Source of the DNA: Treponema sp.
GTDB lineage: Bacteria; Spirochaetota; Spirochaetia; Treponematales; Treponemataceae
Reading direction: 5' to 3'
Assembly: GCA_024693715.1 (NCBI GenBank)
Contig: JAILKS010000052.1
Span: forward strand, 4,214 to 68,213
DNA length: 64,000 nucleotides
Shown piece by piece: positions 1 to 9,966 of the stretch. The stretch's first letter is position 1. Each line of letters starts with the position of its first letter. Under the pieces are notes generated by a model that did no database searches, was not told where the DNA came from, and worked only from the letters and a program-made list of their open reading frames with translations. The position numbers were made by a program, and so were the translations under genes.

Positions 1-65
1 AATCCAATGAGTTTTTCCGAAGGATTATACGAGGGAATAATAATGTAAAGATTTGAATAATCCAT
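1..65 (-). CDS. 5' end of a family 2 glycosyltransferase (runs off the window edge)
   Basis: Reverse strand has GGAG SD (73-76), ATG at 65-63 and reads MDYSNLYIIIPSYNPSEKLIG with no stop to position 1. IIIPSYN is the typical GT2 first strand. Not in the supplied ORF track. Confidence 0.6.
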   Translation of the reverse strand, partial: MDYSNLYIIIPSYNPSEKLIG

Positions 66-280
66 TTAAAAACTCCAGTTGCGGCTAGTATCATATAATA
101 ATCTTAAAAAAATCAATTCTTGTCAATCATTGCATAAAGAAATCATTTTAATCCAAAAGCATCGGTTTCAGATTTTTTTATTGCATTTGTTATTATTACA
201 GTAACTATATTTACTATTTTTAAGAAATCTTGTATTTTATAGTTACATAAAATAATAATTTATTTTTTAGGAGATATACT

Positions 281-1321
281 ATGGCAGATGTAAAAGTTGC
301 TATTAATGGTTTCGGCCGTATTGGTCGTTTGGCTTTCCGTCAGATGTTTGGCGCAAAAGGATATGAAGTAGTTGCAATTAATGATTTGACAAAACCTTCT
401 ATGCTTGCTCATCTTTTGAAATATGATACAGCTCAGGGCGGATATTGTGGAATTATCGGTGAAAATCTTCATACAGTTTCTGCAGATGATGAAAAAGGAA
501 CTATCACAGTAGATGGAAAAGTTCTTAAGATTTATGCTGAAAAAGATGCAAAGAACTGCCCTTGGGGTGAACTTAAAGTAGACGTTGTTCTTGAATGTAC
601 AGGTTTCTACTGTTCTAAAGAATTATCTCAGGCTCATATCGATGCTGGTGCAAGAAAAGTTGTAATTTCTGCTCCTGCAGGAAATGACCTTCCTACAATT
701 GTTTACAATGTAAACCACAAAACTCTTACAAAGAATGATAACATCATTTCTGCTGCTTCTTGTACAACAAACTGTCTTGCTCCAATGGCTAAGGCTTTGA
801 ATGATGCTTATCCAATCCAGTCTGGAATTATGTCAACAATCCATGCTTACACAGGTGATCAGATGATTCTCGACGGTCCACACCGCAAAGGAGATCTCCG
901 CCGTGCTCGTGCTGGTGCTGCTAACATCGTTCCTAACTCAACAGGTGCTGCAAAGGCTATCGGTCTTGTAATTCCTGAATTGAATGGAAAATTGATTGGT
1001 TCTGCACAGCGTGTTCCAACACCTACAGGATCTACAACAATGCTTTTCGCTGTAGTAAAAGGTAAGGATATTACAAAAGATTCTGTAAATGCTGCAATGA
1101 AAAAAGCAGTAACAGAAAGCTTCGGATATAACGAAGATCAGATTGTATCAAGCGATATTATCGGTATGCGCTATGGTTCACTTTTTGATGCTACACAGAC
1201 AATGGTTTCAAAAATTGATGATGATACATATCAGGTAGAAGTAGTTTCTTGGTACGACAACGAAAACTCTTATACTTCACAGATGGTTAGAACAATTAAA
1301 TACTTCAGCGAAAATTGCTAA
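281..1321 (+). CDS. gap: Type I glyceraldehyde-3-phosphate dehydrogenase
   Basis: INGFGRIGR Rossmann motif, ASCTTNCL catalytic Cys motif, SWYDNE C-terminal motif; GGAG SD upstream. Confidence 0.98.
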   Translation: MADVKVAINGFGRIGRLAFRQMFGAKGYEVVAINDLTKPSMLAHLLKYDTAQGGYCGIIGENLHTVSADDEKGTITVDGKVLKIYAEKDAKNCPWGELKVDVVLECTGFYCSKELSQAHIDAGARKVVISAPAGNDLPTIVYNVNHKTLTKNDNIISAASCTTNCLAPMAKALNDAYPIQSGIMSTIHAYTGDQMILDGPHRKGDLRRARAGAANIVPNSTGAAKAIGLVIPELNGKLIGSAQRVPTPTGSTTMLFAVVKGKDITKDSVNAAMKKAVTESFGYNEDQIVSSDIIGMRYGSLFDATQTMVSKIDDDTYQVEVVSWYDNENSYTSQMVRTIKYFSENC

Positions 1322-1339
1322 GTAATTAATTAGTATTAC

Positions 1340-1375
1340 AAAAAAGACTTCTGGTTTTCAGAAGTCTTTTTTTTT
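1340..1375. terminator. Bidirectional intrinsic terminator after gap
   Basis: aaaaaagacttctg-gtttt-cagaagtctttttt perfect hairpin with A-run before and T-run after, between convergent genes. Confidence 0.85.
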
Positions 1376-1376
1376 A

Positions 1377-1554
1377 TGAAGTATTTAATTGTTCTTTTTA
1401 TACTAGCGGCTCACTTCATAAACTCAGCTCGCCTGACAAAATCAGCACAGCAGATTTTGTACGCCGTTTTTTTGGATAAACCTAAAAGGAAGCGGAGCTT
1501 CCTTTTTTAACGGTTTCTCGATTTTAGGCGGGTTAGAACAATTAAATATTTCAG
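1377..1554. repeat. Structured ~180-bp intergenic insert bounded by 19-bp inverted copies of the gap 3' end (MITE/REP-like)
   Basis: tgaagtatttaattgttct (1377-1395) and agaacaattaaatatttca (1535-1553) are inverted repeats (18/19). Internal hairpins acaaaatc/gattttgt (1436-1460) and aaaaggaagc-gga-gcttcctttt (1484-1506), closed by cgcct/aggcg (1430-1434/1526-1530). Confidence 0.6.
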
Positions 1555-1575
1555 ATTTATAATCAGAATATTTTT

Positions 1576-2205
1576 TTACATTGCTTTTACAATTCCAATT
1601 CTAGGAATAATTGTAAAAGTTGACCAGTGTAATTTTTTTCCTGAATATGCAGCAAGTTCATCTAAATTAGAATAACCGAAGAAATCATATGCAAGTTGAA
1701 CGCTTGCTGTAATTCCATATGTTTCATTGAAGAAATAATTAAATTCTGCTTCAGCGCCAATTCCAAAGGTGTAATATTTTGCAGTTATCCAGCCTTTATC
1801 TGAAATATATGTGTAATGAACTCCGGGTGCAAGAACAAGCTGAATTTTTTCATTTTCAATAACAGAAAAGCCTGGACCAACCAGGAAATTCAAATTAAAG
1901 ATTAATCTTTCATTATCCTTCATATCCTGTAAAGTAACTGTACTTTTTGTACCTTCAGTATTTTTAGAATTGATTTGTGTTGTAAAGGAACAATCAATGC
2001 TTGCATAAAGTAAGCCTACTTTCATTGTAACTCCAGCACCAATATTATGAAATGAATCTGTTGCATTAATACCATCAGATTTTAAATTCACAATATTAGT
2101 TGGAAAAGTAACATTTGCACTGCCAAATGTGTCTACAGCAAAAACAGATGTTCCCATAGCAAACAGGATTGCAGATATTGCAAGGATTTTTTTTGATAAT
2201 TTCAT
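1576..2205 (-). CDS. Exported protein, probable small outer-membrane beta-barrel
   Basis: Signal peptide (MKLSKKIL...SVFA); alternating amphipathic strands (GIGAEAEFNYFF, GITASVQLAYDF); terminal PRIG strand. Confidence 0.6.
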   Translation of the reverse strand: MKLSKKILAISAILFAMGTSVFAVDTFGSANVTFPTNIVNLKSDGINATDSFHNIGAGVTMKVGLLYASIDCSFTTQINSKNTEGTKSTVTLQDMKDNERLIFNLNFLVGPGFSVIENEKIQLVLAPGVHYTYISDKGWITAKYYTFGIGAEAEFNYFFNETYGITASVQLAYDFFGYSNLDELAAYSGKKLHWSTFTIIPRIGIVKAM

Positions 2206-2420
2206 AACTATAACTCCTGAAAATTTGTTTTATAATTTATTATGTTTCGTACATTAAAAAAAATATACAGAGTTAAACTCACAATTTATAAAACATTAGA
2301 TTTATATTTTTAATATCACATATTTCGGAAATATAACTGTATTGATTTTTTTTATGTTTTTTGTAATTCTTTAACAGAAAAATAGAATGATTATTCATTT
2401 GAGAATTAAGGAGTCAAAAG

Positions 2421-3050
2421 ATGAAAAAAAATATAAAGCTTTTAATTTCTGTGGTAAGTTTAATCAGTCTTTCCTGTTACGCATTTGCGCAGAAAGCAAA
2501 AACTTCTTTGGGTGGCGGTATCGGAGCCTGTATAGAGCAGTATAATAATACAAGAGTTCTTATTGCTTCTCCAACTTATACTTTAAAGGCAGATTTCGAA
2601 TGGGAAAAATTTGGTATCGGTGCTATTTTTGATTTTACAACACTTGATTTTTATAGCAGTTCAGATACAGAGCAGAAATACAGTGATTTAGCAGAGGGGA
2701 TTTTATTTACACCGTTTTATAAGTTTAATAATTCAAAGACACTTATTACGGTTGGGCCTACCTTCGGTTTGACTTTTAATCAGAGTAAAAATGTAACTGA
2801 TGCTGATAACAGTGTTTCTTATTCACGAGGATTTTTGACTTTTGGTGCAACTGTAGAATTTAAACTTTCCTTGTCTAATAAAATGGATGCTTATTTTGAA
2901 ATTCCTGTTTTATACAATAAAATTAATTTCGGTTACAAATATAAAATTGTTAGCGGTGGTGCAAAAAACGAAACAAAATATGACGGTATAATGAACTATG
3001 ACACAGCTTTGTATTGCATCCCGAAATTCGGTGTTTTGTTTAAACTTTAG
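2421..3050 (+). CDS. Exported protein, probable small outer-membrane beta-barrel
   Basis: Signal peptide ending AFA; amphipathic strands (FGIGAIFDF, FGATVEFKL); terminal IPKFGVLFKL strand. Confidence 0.6.
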   Translation: MKKNIKLLISVVSLISLSCYAFAQKAKTSLGGGIGACIEQYNNTRVLIASPTYTLKADFEWEKFGIGAIFDFTTLDFYSSSDTEQKYSDLAEGILFTPFYKFNNSKTLITVGPTFGLTFNQSKNVTDADNSVSYSRGFLTFGATVEFKLSLSNKMDAYFEIPVLYNKINFGYKYKIVSGGAKNETKYDGIMNYDTALYCIPKFGVLFKL

Positions 3051-3089
3051 TTTAAATACATTTAGGGTTATTCTGATTACCTGCATCTG

Positions 3090-3118
3090 TTGTAAAAAAG
3101 CATAAACTGCTATATAAT
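3090..3118 (+). promoter_or_regulatory. Sigma70-type promoter for parE
   Basis: TTGTAA (3090-3095), 17-nt spacer, TATAAT (3113-3118). Confidence 0.6.
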
Positions 3119-3147
3119 TATATGTATCTTTTTCTGGGGTGGGAAAA

Positions 3148-5061
3148 ATGGCAGTAAAATCTACTGCAGATGCAAAAAAAGTTTCATCTGCAAAAACAAC
3201 TTCTTCAACTAAATCATCAAAATCTGCTGTTTATGATGAAAGCAGTATTCAGCATCTTGAAGGACTTGAGCATATCCGTTTAAGACCAGGTATGTATATT
3301 GGTTCTTTGGGAGACGGAAGCAATGAAAATGATGGTATTTATATTCTCTTAAAGGAAGGTATTGATAATTCGGTAGATGAATTTTCTCAGGGATTCGGTA
3401 AAAAAATTGATATTGAGATAAAAGACGGCCGTGTAAAAATCCGTGATTATGGACGGGGAATCCCTCTTGGAAAGCTCGAGGATTGTGTTTCTAATGTAAA
3501 TACCGGTGCAAAATATAACAACTCTGTATTTAAACAGGCAATAGGTATGAACGGTGTTGGAATTAAGGCAACTAATGCCCTTTCTTCATATTTCCGTGCG
3601 GCTTCGGTTCGTGACGGAAAAATGGCTGTCGTTGAATATAAAAAGGGTGAAAAAATCAGTTCAAAAACCGGTAATGCAAAGCCTGGAACTCCAAACGGAA
3701 CTTATCTTGAATTTGAACCTGACAGTGAATTATTTAAAAAATATCAGTTCAATATGGAATATGTTGAAAAGCGTCTTTGGAATTATGCTTATTTAAATCC
3801 TGGTTTAAGTTTAAGATGCAATGGTAAGGAATATCTTAGTAAAAACGGAATTCAGGATTTGCTTCAAAATGAAATGGGCGGTGCAGATAAGGCTCTTTAT
3901 AATCTTTTTAATTACAAGGGACAGAATCTTGAATTTGTTTTAACTCATGGAGCAAGTCTTGATAAATTTGTTTATTCTTTTGTTAATGGTCAGAGCACGG
4001 AAGATGGTGGTACGCATGTTACTTCTTTCCTTGACGGTTTTACAAAGGGTGTAAATGATTTTTTCAAAAAAGAATATGATATTCGTGATGTAACAAGCGG
4101 TCTTTATGTTGCACTTAAAATTGGTCTTGATAATCCGATGTTTACTTCGCAGACAAAGAATAAGCTTGGAAACGTTGAAATTCGTGCTCCTATCATAAAG
4201 GAAGTGCAGATTGCCGTTGATGATTTTCTGCGTCATAATCCTGATATTGCCGGAATTCTTGAGGAAAAGATTCTTAAAAATCAGAAGGCTAGAGCAGAAA
4301 TTAATAATGTTACGGAAAAACAGATTCGTGAAGCAGCAAAATCTGTAATGATGAAAATCCCTAAATTAAAGGATTGCCGTTATCATGTTCAGGACGGTGA
4401 GAAGGGCGCAAACTCAATGATTTTTATTACCGAGGGAGATTCTGCAACCGGTACAATGACTCATGCACGTGATGTTTCTTATCAGGCAATATTCAGTTTG
4501 CGTGGAAAACCTGAAAATATGTATGGAAGAAAAAAATCGGCTCTTTTTGAAAATGAAGAATTGAAGAATCTTACCTTTAGTCTTGGCGTTCAAAAGGATA
4601 TTGAAGATTTAAGATATGATAAAATTATTATTGCAACCGATGCCGATAACGATGGTTATCATATACGAAATCTTATTATGACATATCTTTTGCTTTATTT
4701 TGAAGAGTTGATTCTGACTGGTCATGTTTATATTCTTGAAACACCGTTGTTCAGGGTAAGAAACAAGCAGAAGACCGTTTATTGTTATTCAGAAGAAAGC
4801 CGTGATAAAGAACTGGCAAATATGCGCGGTGCAGAAGTAACACGATTTAAGGGATTAGGAGAAATTAATCCGTCTGAATTCGGTCAGTTTATTTTTCCAA
4901 GAAAAGAAGGTGAATCTGAAGATAAAGGAATGCATCTGACTCCAGTAAGCATTCAAACCTTGAAGAATGTTCCTGAAGTATTGAAATTTTATATGGGTAA
5001 AAATACACCTGAAAGAAAGGATTTTATTGTTCATCACCTTGCAGCAGAAATTGACGCTTAA
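3148..5061 (+). CDS. parE: DNA topoisomerase IV subunit B (type II topoisomerase B subunit)
   Basis: EHIRLRPGMYIG, GHKL motifs (EGIDNSVDE, DYGRGIP, GMNGVG), TOPRIM EGDSA and DADNDG, RFKGLGE. About 640 aa without the GyrB insert. ATG 3148 preferred over GTG 3139. Confidence 0.88.
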   Translation: MAVKSTADAKKVSSAKTTSSTKSSKSAVYDESSIQHLEGLEHIRLRPGMYIGSLGDGSNENDGIYILLKEGIDNSVDEFSQGFGKKIDIEIKDGRVKIRDYGRGIPLGKLEDCVSNVNTGAKYNNSVFKQAIGMNGVGIKATNALSSYFRAASVRDGKMAVVEYKKGEKISSKTGNAKPGTPNGTYLEFEPDSELFKKYQFNMEYVEKRLWNYAYLNPGLSLRCNGKEYLSKNGIQDLLQNEMGGADKALYNLFNYKGQNLEFVLTHGASLDKFVYSFVNGQSTEDGGTHVTSFLDGFTKGVNDFFKKEYDIRDVTSGLYVALKIGLDNPMFTSQTKNKLGNVEIRAPIIKEVQIAVDDFLRHNPDIAGILEEKILKNQKARAEINNVTEKQIREAAKSVMMKIPKLKDCRYHVQDGEKGANSMIFITEGDSATGTMTHARDVSYQAIFSLRGKPENMYGRKKSALFENEELKNLTFSLGVQKDIEDLRYDKIIIATDADNDGYHIRNLIMTYLLLYFEELILTGHVYILETPLFRVRNKQKTVYCYSEESRDKELANMRGAEVTRFKGLGEINPSEFGQFIFPRKEGESEDKGMHLTPVSIQTLKNVPEVLKFYMGKNTPERKDFIVHHLAAEIDA

Positions 5062-5663
5062 TTGTTATTGAGCTTTATTTTTCCGTTGGAAAGATTCTGG
5101 AGCATTGTCGAAAAATCATCGAATTGTTCTGCCCGTATACGGCCGGTAATTTTTATCTGTGTTTCAAATTGTTCTTTAAGCTCAAAAAGTTCGAAATTTT
5201 CAAAATTATTTTTTATGAGCTTATAGCCTGAATAGTCGCAGTCAAAAGAAAATTCTTTTTTTTCAATGAGTTCACTAAAGGCCTTTAGACTGTCTGCTTT
5301 TTCTATGACCTGCTTTGCACCGCCTGAATATGCCTTTACAAGACCGCCTGTTCCAAGTAAAGTTCCGCCAAACCATCGTGTAACTGTCAGAATTACGTTG
5401 GTACATTTCCTTCCCTTTAGAATATCAAGCACAGGACGTCCTGCTGTGCCAGAGGGTTCCCCATCATCACTCATTCCCATGATTTGCGCTTCATTACCGA
5501 TTATAAAAGCATGAACAACATGTGTCGAATCTGCATATTTTGCTTTTTGTGCTTTGATTATTTCTCTTGCATCATTTTGTGATTCAACAGGAATCAGTTC
5601 AGAAAGAAAACGCGAACCTTTTATTTTTTCTTCAAATTCAACCTTTGCAGTTAATACTTCCAT
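5058..5663 (-). CDS. yigZ: YigZ/IMPACT family protein
   Basis: KGSRF, STHVVHAF, SDDGEPSGTAGRP, VTRWFGGTLLGTGGLVKAY motifs. Confidence 0.93.
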   Translation of the reverse strand: MEVLTAKVEFEEKIKGSRFLSELIPVESQNDAREIIKAQKAKYADSTHVVHAFIIGNEAQIMGMSDDGEPSGTAGRPVLDILKGRKCTNVILTVTRWFGGTLLGTGGLVKAYSGGAKQVIEKADSLKAFSELIEKKEFSFDCDYSGYKLIKNNFENFELFELKEQFETQIKITGRIRAEQFDDFSTMLQNLSNGKIKLNNN

Positions 5664-5668
5664 CTAAA

Positions 5669-7579
5669 TTACAGAACGGTTATTGTTTGAACTTCTTTAG
5701 CTGCAACCCTTACACCTTTTGCTTTAAGTGATTTTTCTTCATATTCCTGTGATTTGAATTTTTCTGTTAAAACTTTAAGCCTTGGTTTTTTAACATAGTT
5801 TAATGAAAATTCAAATTCCTTTCTTGTATCTATATGAAGAACTTCACAACCGTCCGGGGCAAAGAAATAATCCCTGTTCATAATATAACCGGCAATCTTA
5901 CAGCGTTTTATATAAACAAACTGTGTCTGCGGATCGCGATACAATACAGTGAACAAAACCTTTGAAAGACTTTCCTTGTCTGCAAAACCGCAGTATCTTA
6001 AGCCTGGTCCTGTGAACAGTTTTTTAGGACATTCAGAAACAGAGAAAATACCGCTTTTTCTGACATAAAGGATTTTATCAAACTGTGAAACCTTGAACTG
6101 TTCTTCACCGCCTGGAACTTCAATTCCAAGATATCCTGATTTTTCATCATATCTGAGAGGAGTATCTCTTTTTGTTACAGATTTTACATCGACAGTGTTG
6201 ATGTTTGTAATCTGGGTCTTTCGCTGTAAATCTTCACCGTTGAGCTTCTTTTCAATTCCATCAAGCCATGAAATTGCATAAGCGACAAGATTTTTAAGAA
6301 GTTTATTTATTTCTTTAATTCTTGCATTTATTGCTTCAACTTCCTGTTTGTTCTTGTTCATATCATACAAAGAAATTCTACGGATTGGAATTTTAAGAAG
6401 GTGATCAACATCTTCATCAGTAATGGCACGGATAAGCTCTGCCTTAAAAGGAACAAAACCAGTTTTTACTGCCTGAACAACGCCTTCTTCAGTTTTCTGC
6501 TGTTCGATCTTTTTATATATTCTTTCTTCAACGAATATTCTTTCAAGAGTCCTTAAATGGAGTTTATCCATTAATTCTGCTTTTTCAAGTTCAAGCTCTT
6601 TTTTAAGGATGCCGGTCAACTGTTTTGAATGATATTCAATTACCTGTGTACAGGTCATTTGAACCGGCATGTTGTCTTTAATTACAAGAAGATTGCAGTA
6701 AATAGTCTGTTCACATTCAGTAAAGGCGTAAAGTGAATCTACAACATCCTTTGTATAAACACCACGTGCAAGCTTTATTTCGATATTGACTTTATCTGAA
6801 GTGTAATCCTGAATGGAAGATATTTTTACTTTACCGTTTTTTGCCGCTTTTTCAACTGAATCACAAAGACTTTCGGTAGTAGAGCCGTAAGGAAGTTCCG
6901 TGATGACTATCTTTTTATCATCACTTGTATCCATTTTTGCACGAGTAATAATTTTTCCAAGACCGTCCTGATAATCACTTACATCAATAAGACCGCCTGT
7001 AGGAAAATCAGGAAAGAGCTGGAATTTTTCACCGCGCAGGCATTTTCTTTCTGCTTCAATTACTTCATGAATATTATGACTTAAAATATAAGTGCTCATT
7101 CCGACGGCTATACCTTCTGCACCAAGTATTAAAACCAATGGAAGCTTTGCACTGAAGGTTACAGGTTCTACATCTCGGCTGTCATAAGTTTCTACATATG
7201 GAGTTATCTTTGGATTTGTATTTAAAACATCCTTTGTAATGCTTCTAAGACGACATTCAATATAACGTCCTGCAGATGCGCCGTCTCCTGTAAGCATGTT
7301 ACCAAAGTTTCCCTGTTTATCTATGAAAAGATCTTTATTTGCAAGATTTACAAGCGCAGTATAAATGGAAGAATCTCCATGAGGATGATAAGCCATTACT
7401 TTTCCGACAACATTTGCAACCTTTACAAAACGACCGTCATCATTTTTAATAAGAGTATGAATGATTCTTCTTTGAACGGGTTTGAATCCGTCTGTTATTT
7501 CCGGAATAGCACGATCCCTGATTACATAACTAGCATATTGAATAAAATTTGAATCAAAAAGATTTTTTACGTAAGCCAT
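5669..7579 (-). CDS. parC: DNA topoisomerase IV subunit A
   Basis: DGFKPVQRRI, HPHGDSS, SAGRY (catalytic Tyr), LPDFPTGG-like motif; short C-terminal domain without a GyrA box. Confidence 0.88.
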   Translation of the reverse strand: MAYVKNLFDSNFIQYASYVIRDRAIPEITDGFKPVQRRIIHTLIKNDDGRFVKVANVVGKVMAYHPHGDSSIYTALVNLANKDLFIDKQGNFGNMLTGDGASAGRYIECRLRSITKDVLNTNPKITPYVETYDSRDVEPVTFSAKLPLVLILGAEGIAVGMSTYILSHNIHEVIEAERKCLRGEKFQLFPDFPTGGLIDVSDYQDGLGKIITRAKMDTSDDKKIVITELPYGSTTESLCDSVEKAAKNGKVKISSIQDYTSDKVNIEIKLARGVYTKDVVDSLYAFTECEQTIYCNLLVIKDNMPVQMTCTQVIEYHSKQLTGILKKELELEKAELMDKLHLRTLERIFVEERIYKKIEQQKTEEGVVQAVKTGFVPFKAELIRAITDEDVDHLLKIPIRRISLYDMNKNKQEVEAINARIKEINKLLKNLVAYAISWLDGIEKKLNGEDLQRKTQITNINTVDVKSVTKRDTPLRYDEKSGYLGIEVPGGEEQFKVSQFDKILYVRKSGIFSVSECPKKLFTGPGLRYCGFADKESLSKVLFTVLYRDPQTQFVYIKRCKIAGYIMNRDYFFAPDGCEVLHIDTRKEFEFSLNYVKKPRLKVLTEKFKSQEYEEKSLKAKGVRVAAKEVQTITVL

Positions 7580-7647
7580 TTTTCCACCCGTATTTATTAT
7601 AAATGAAAACAGGTAAAAAGTGAAGTAGAAGAAACCATATTATGTAT

Positions 7648-7676
7648 TTGCCTTGCAGTAAGGTTTTTGTTATAAT
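7648..7676 (+). promoter_or_regulatory. Sigma70 promoter with extended -10 for nfo
   Basis: TTGCCT (7648-7653), 17 nt, TG-T-TATAAT (7668-7676). Confidence 0.6.
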
Positions 7677-7697
7677 TTTTTTTAAGAGGAATTATTT

Positions 7698-8558
7698 ATG
7701 CACATCGGATATCATGAATCTACAAGTGACGGATTATATTGTCTTGGAACGGAAGCTTTAAGTGTCGGCGCTGATACTTTTGCATTTTTTACGAGAAATC
7801 CACGCGGGGGACAGGCAAAAGCAATCGATAAAGAAGATGCCGACAGATTAAATGCGTTTATGAAAGATAATAATTTTGCACCTCCTGTAGCTCATGCTCC
7901 TTATACTATGAATCCATGTTCTGCAAACGAGGGATTAAGACAATTTGCACTTCAGATGATGACAGAAGATTTTCTTCACCTTGAATATATTCCTGGCTGT
8001 TTTTATAACTTTCATCCAGGCAGTCATACAGGGCAGGGTAGTGAAGCAGGCATTGCTTTGACATCCTCGTTAATCGCAGATGCAATTTCACTTGCAGAAA
8101 AACAGGCCGGTAATCTTCATACTGTTCTTCTTATTGAAACAATGTCTGGCAAAGGCTCGGAAATAGGTCGAACCTTTGAAGAAGTAAAACAGATTATGGA
8201 TCTGGCAAATGAAAAATACGGTGCATCTCTTGAGAATAAGCTTGGGGTTTGTCTGGATACCTGTCATATCTGGGACGCAGGTTATGACATTGTAAATAAT
8301 CTTGATGATGTGATTACAAGCTTTGATAAAATCATTGGATTAAAAAATCTTCATGCAATTCATTTGAACGACAGCATGAATGAGCTTGGATCGCATAAGG
8401 ACCGTCATGAGAAAATCGGAAAAGGTAAAATTGGGCTGGATGCCTTGAGTCGTGTTACAAGACATGCTGCATTAAAAAATCTTCCGTTTATCCTTGAAAC
8501 TCCGAATGATAAAGAAGGCTACAGGGAAGAAATCAGGATTTTAAAAGAAAAGGAATAA
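7698..8558 (+). CDS. nfo: Endonuclease IV (AP endonuclease family 2)
   Basis: HAPYTMN, FHPGSH, ETMSGKGSEIG, CLDTCH, HLNDS, DRHE, ILETP metal-ligand motifs. Confidence 0.95.
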   Translation: MHIGYHESTSDGLYCLGTEALSVGADTFAFFTRNPRGGQAKAIDKEDADRLNAFMKDNNFAPPVAHAPYTMNPCSANEGLRQFALQMMTEDFLHLEYIPGCFYNFHPGSHTGQGSEAGIALTSSLIADAISLAEKQAGNLHTVLLIETMSGKGSEIGRTFEEVKQIMDLANEKYGASLENKLGVCLDTCHIWDAGYDIVNNLDDVITSFDKIIGLKNLHAIHLNDSMNELGSHKDRHEKIGKGKIGLDALSRVTRHAALKNLPFILETPNDKEGYREEIRILKEKE

Positions 8559-9904
8559 AAACTGTTCAGCAGATATTCTGCCTTAAACTCTGAATTGATT
8601 TTTGCTTTATTCTGTTTGTCAGGATACTGCTTGAGTTCCACTGTTGTATCTGCTGAAAATTTTAGTTTTTCATTATTGTCCATAAAATTAAAATCTATCT
8701 GTGCATTTATTTTTTCTGTCGTATTACAGCTTTTATAATTTTTTGTAAAATCACAATAAATGTTTGAATTAAGTGTAATCGTACAGAAATTCAAAATAAA
8801 CTGGAGTTTTGAAATAACATCAAAATCTGTAAAAAGAATTTCATATTGATTTGAATCAGTTTTTGAAAAAACAAGTTTTGTATTTATTGAACAATTAAGC
8901 TGAAAATTATTTTTAAGGATTTTGATTCCTGTCGAATTTTTCAGATAATGTTCCCTATCATATAGATCTATTTTACAAAAGGTTGTAGAGCCTGTCGAAA
9001 GATGAGGAAGAATCTGCTTTGCCTGAAAGTTAGTCTTGAGTTGAATTTGTGATTCATAATTTTTAGAGGCACTTGTAAATATTTTATTGCCGGGAATTAT
9101 AAAGCCGCTTAAATTAAAAAGCATATTTTTGATTGAAAAAGAATTTTCGCTTTTAAATGCTGTTTCTATTTGTGCAATCGGATTAGTATAAATAAATGCA
9201 GAAAAAACTGACGAAAAATTTTTATTTGAAAAAGCGGTTTGAAAAAGAGAATCAAGACTGTAATTGTCTGAATAATAAGGTTCATTGAACCAAGATGTCT
9301 GTTTTTTGTGATAATAGGGAAATAATCCTGTATAAACAGAAAATGATAAAGATGACTGCTTGAACATAAAATCTGCATAGTTATTCATTGCATAAACCGG
9401 CAGATGTTCATAATCCTTATTTAAATCAGCATAAATCATAAGAATTTGATTTCCTGCACGGTAGATTTTTTTTGATTTGTCTGAATATTCTATTTGTGTA
9501 AACATAGAAAGAGGTGCAGAAAACGCTGAATCTGCATGTGATGATTTAAGGGAAAGACAGGAGGTTTCGGCGGTAGAGAAGGGTGAAACTGTATTTGAAA
9601 GAACAGGACTGTTCAGTTTTGAAAAAACTCCGTAATTTGAAAGATTTCCTGTTTTAAATTGTACGCTCCATGGAAGCTCTTTATTTTTGAAATTAAAGAA
9701 GGTTGAGAAATTACAGGCATCATCTTTAAAGGTTGAATAGACTTTAATTAAATCTAAATCAAGATTAAAGTCATACAGCACGGAATCTGCTTTTTCAGAG
9801 CAGTTGATAGTTACTGAGTTTGATAGTTTTCCCAGACAATATGCATTGTTTAAAAACAAAACTGTGTTAAAAATAAAAGCAATTAACCATATTATTTTCT
9901 TCAT
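8519..9904 (-). CDS. Hypothetical exported protein (beta-rich, possibly outer membrane)
   Basis: 461-aa ORF with signal-peptide-like N-terminus and Phe/Ser/Asn-rich strands; no family recognised. Confidence 0.55.
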   Translation of the reverse strand: MKKIIWLIAFIFNTVLFLNNAYCLGKLSNSVTINCSEKADSVLYDFNLDLDLIKVYSTFKDDACNFSTFFNFKNKELPWSVQFKTGNLSNYGVFSKLNSPVLSNTVSPFSTAETSCLSLKSSHADSAFSAPLSMFTQIEYSDKSKKIYRAGNQILMIYADLNKDYEHLPVYAMNNYADFMFKQSSLSFSVYTGLFPYYHKKQTSWFNEPYYSDNYSLDSLFQTAFSNKNFSSVFSAFIYTNPIAQIETAFKSENSFSIKNMLFNLSGFIIPGNKIFTSASKNYESQIQLKTNFQAKQILPHLSTGSTTFCKIDLYDREHYLKNSTGIKILKNNFQLNCSINTKLVFSKTDSNQYEILFTDFDVISKLQFILNFCTITLNSNIYCDFTKNYKSCNTTEKINAQIDFNFMDNNEKLKFSADTTVELKQYPDKQNKAKINSEFKAEYLLNSFYSFSFKILISSL

Positions 9905-9966
9905 ATATAGTTAATTGCTTAGATTTACAAAAAAAGGAAGTTTTTTGACGATTTTTTTTAATATTT

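Noticed and set aside
2320-2334. Near-perfect palindrome ATATTTCGGAAATAT between the divergent OMP genes
   Set aside because: Single occurrence in very AT-rich DNA with no cognate regulator nearby; cannot be distinguished from chance.
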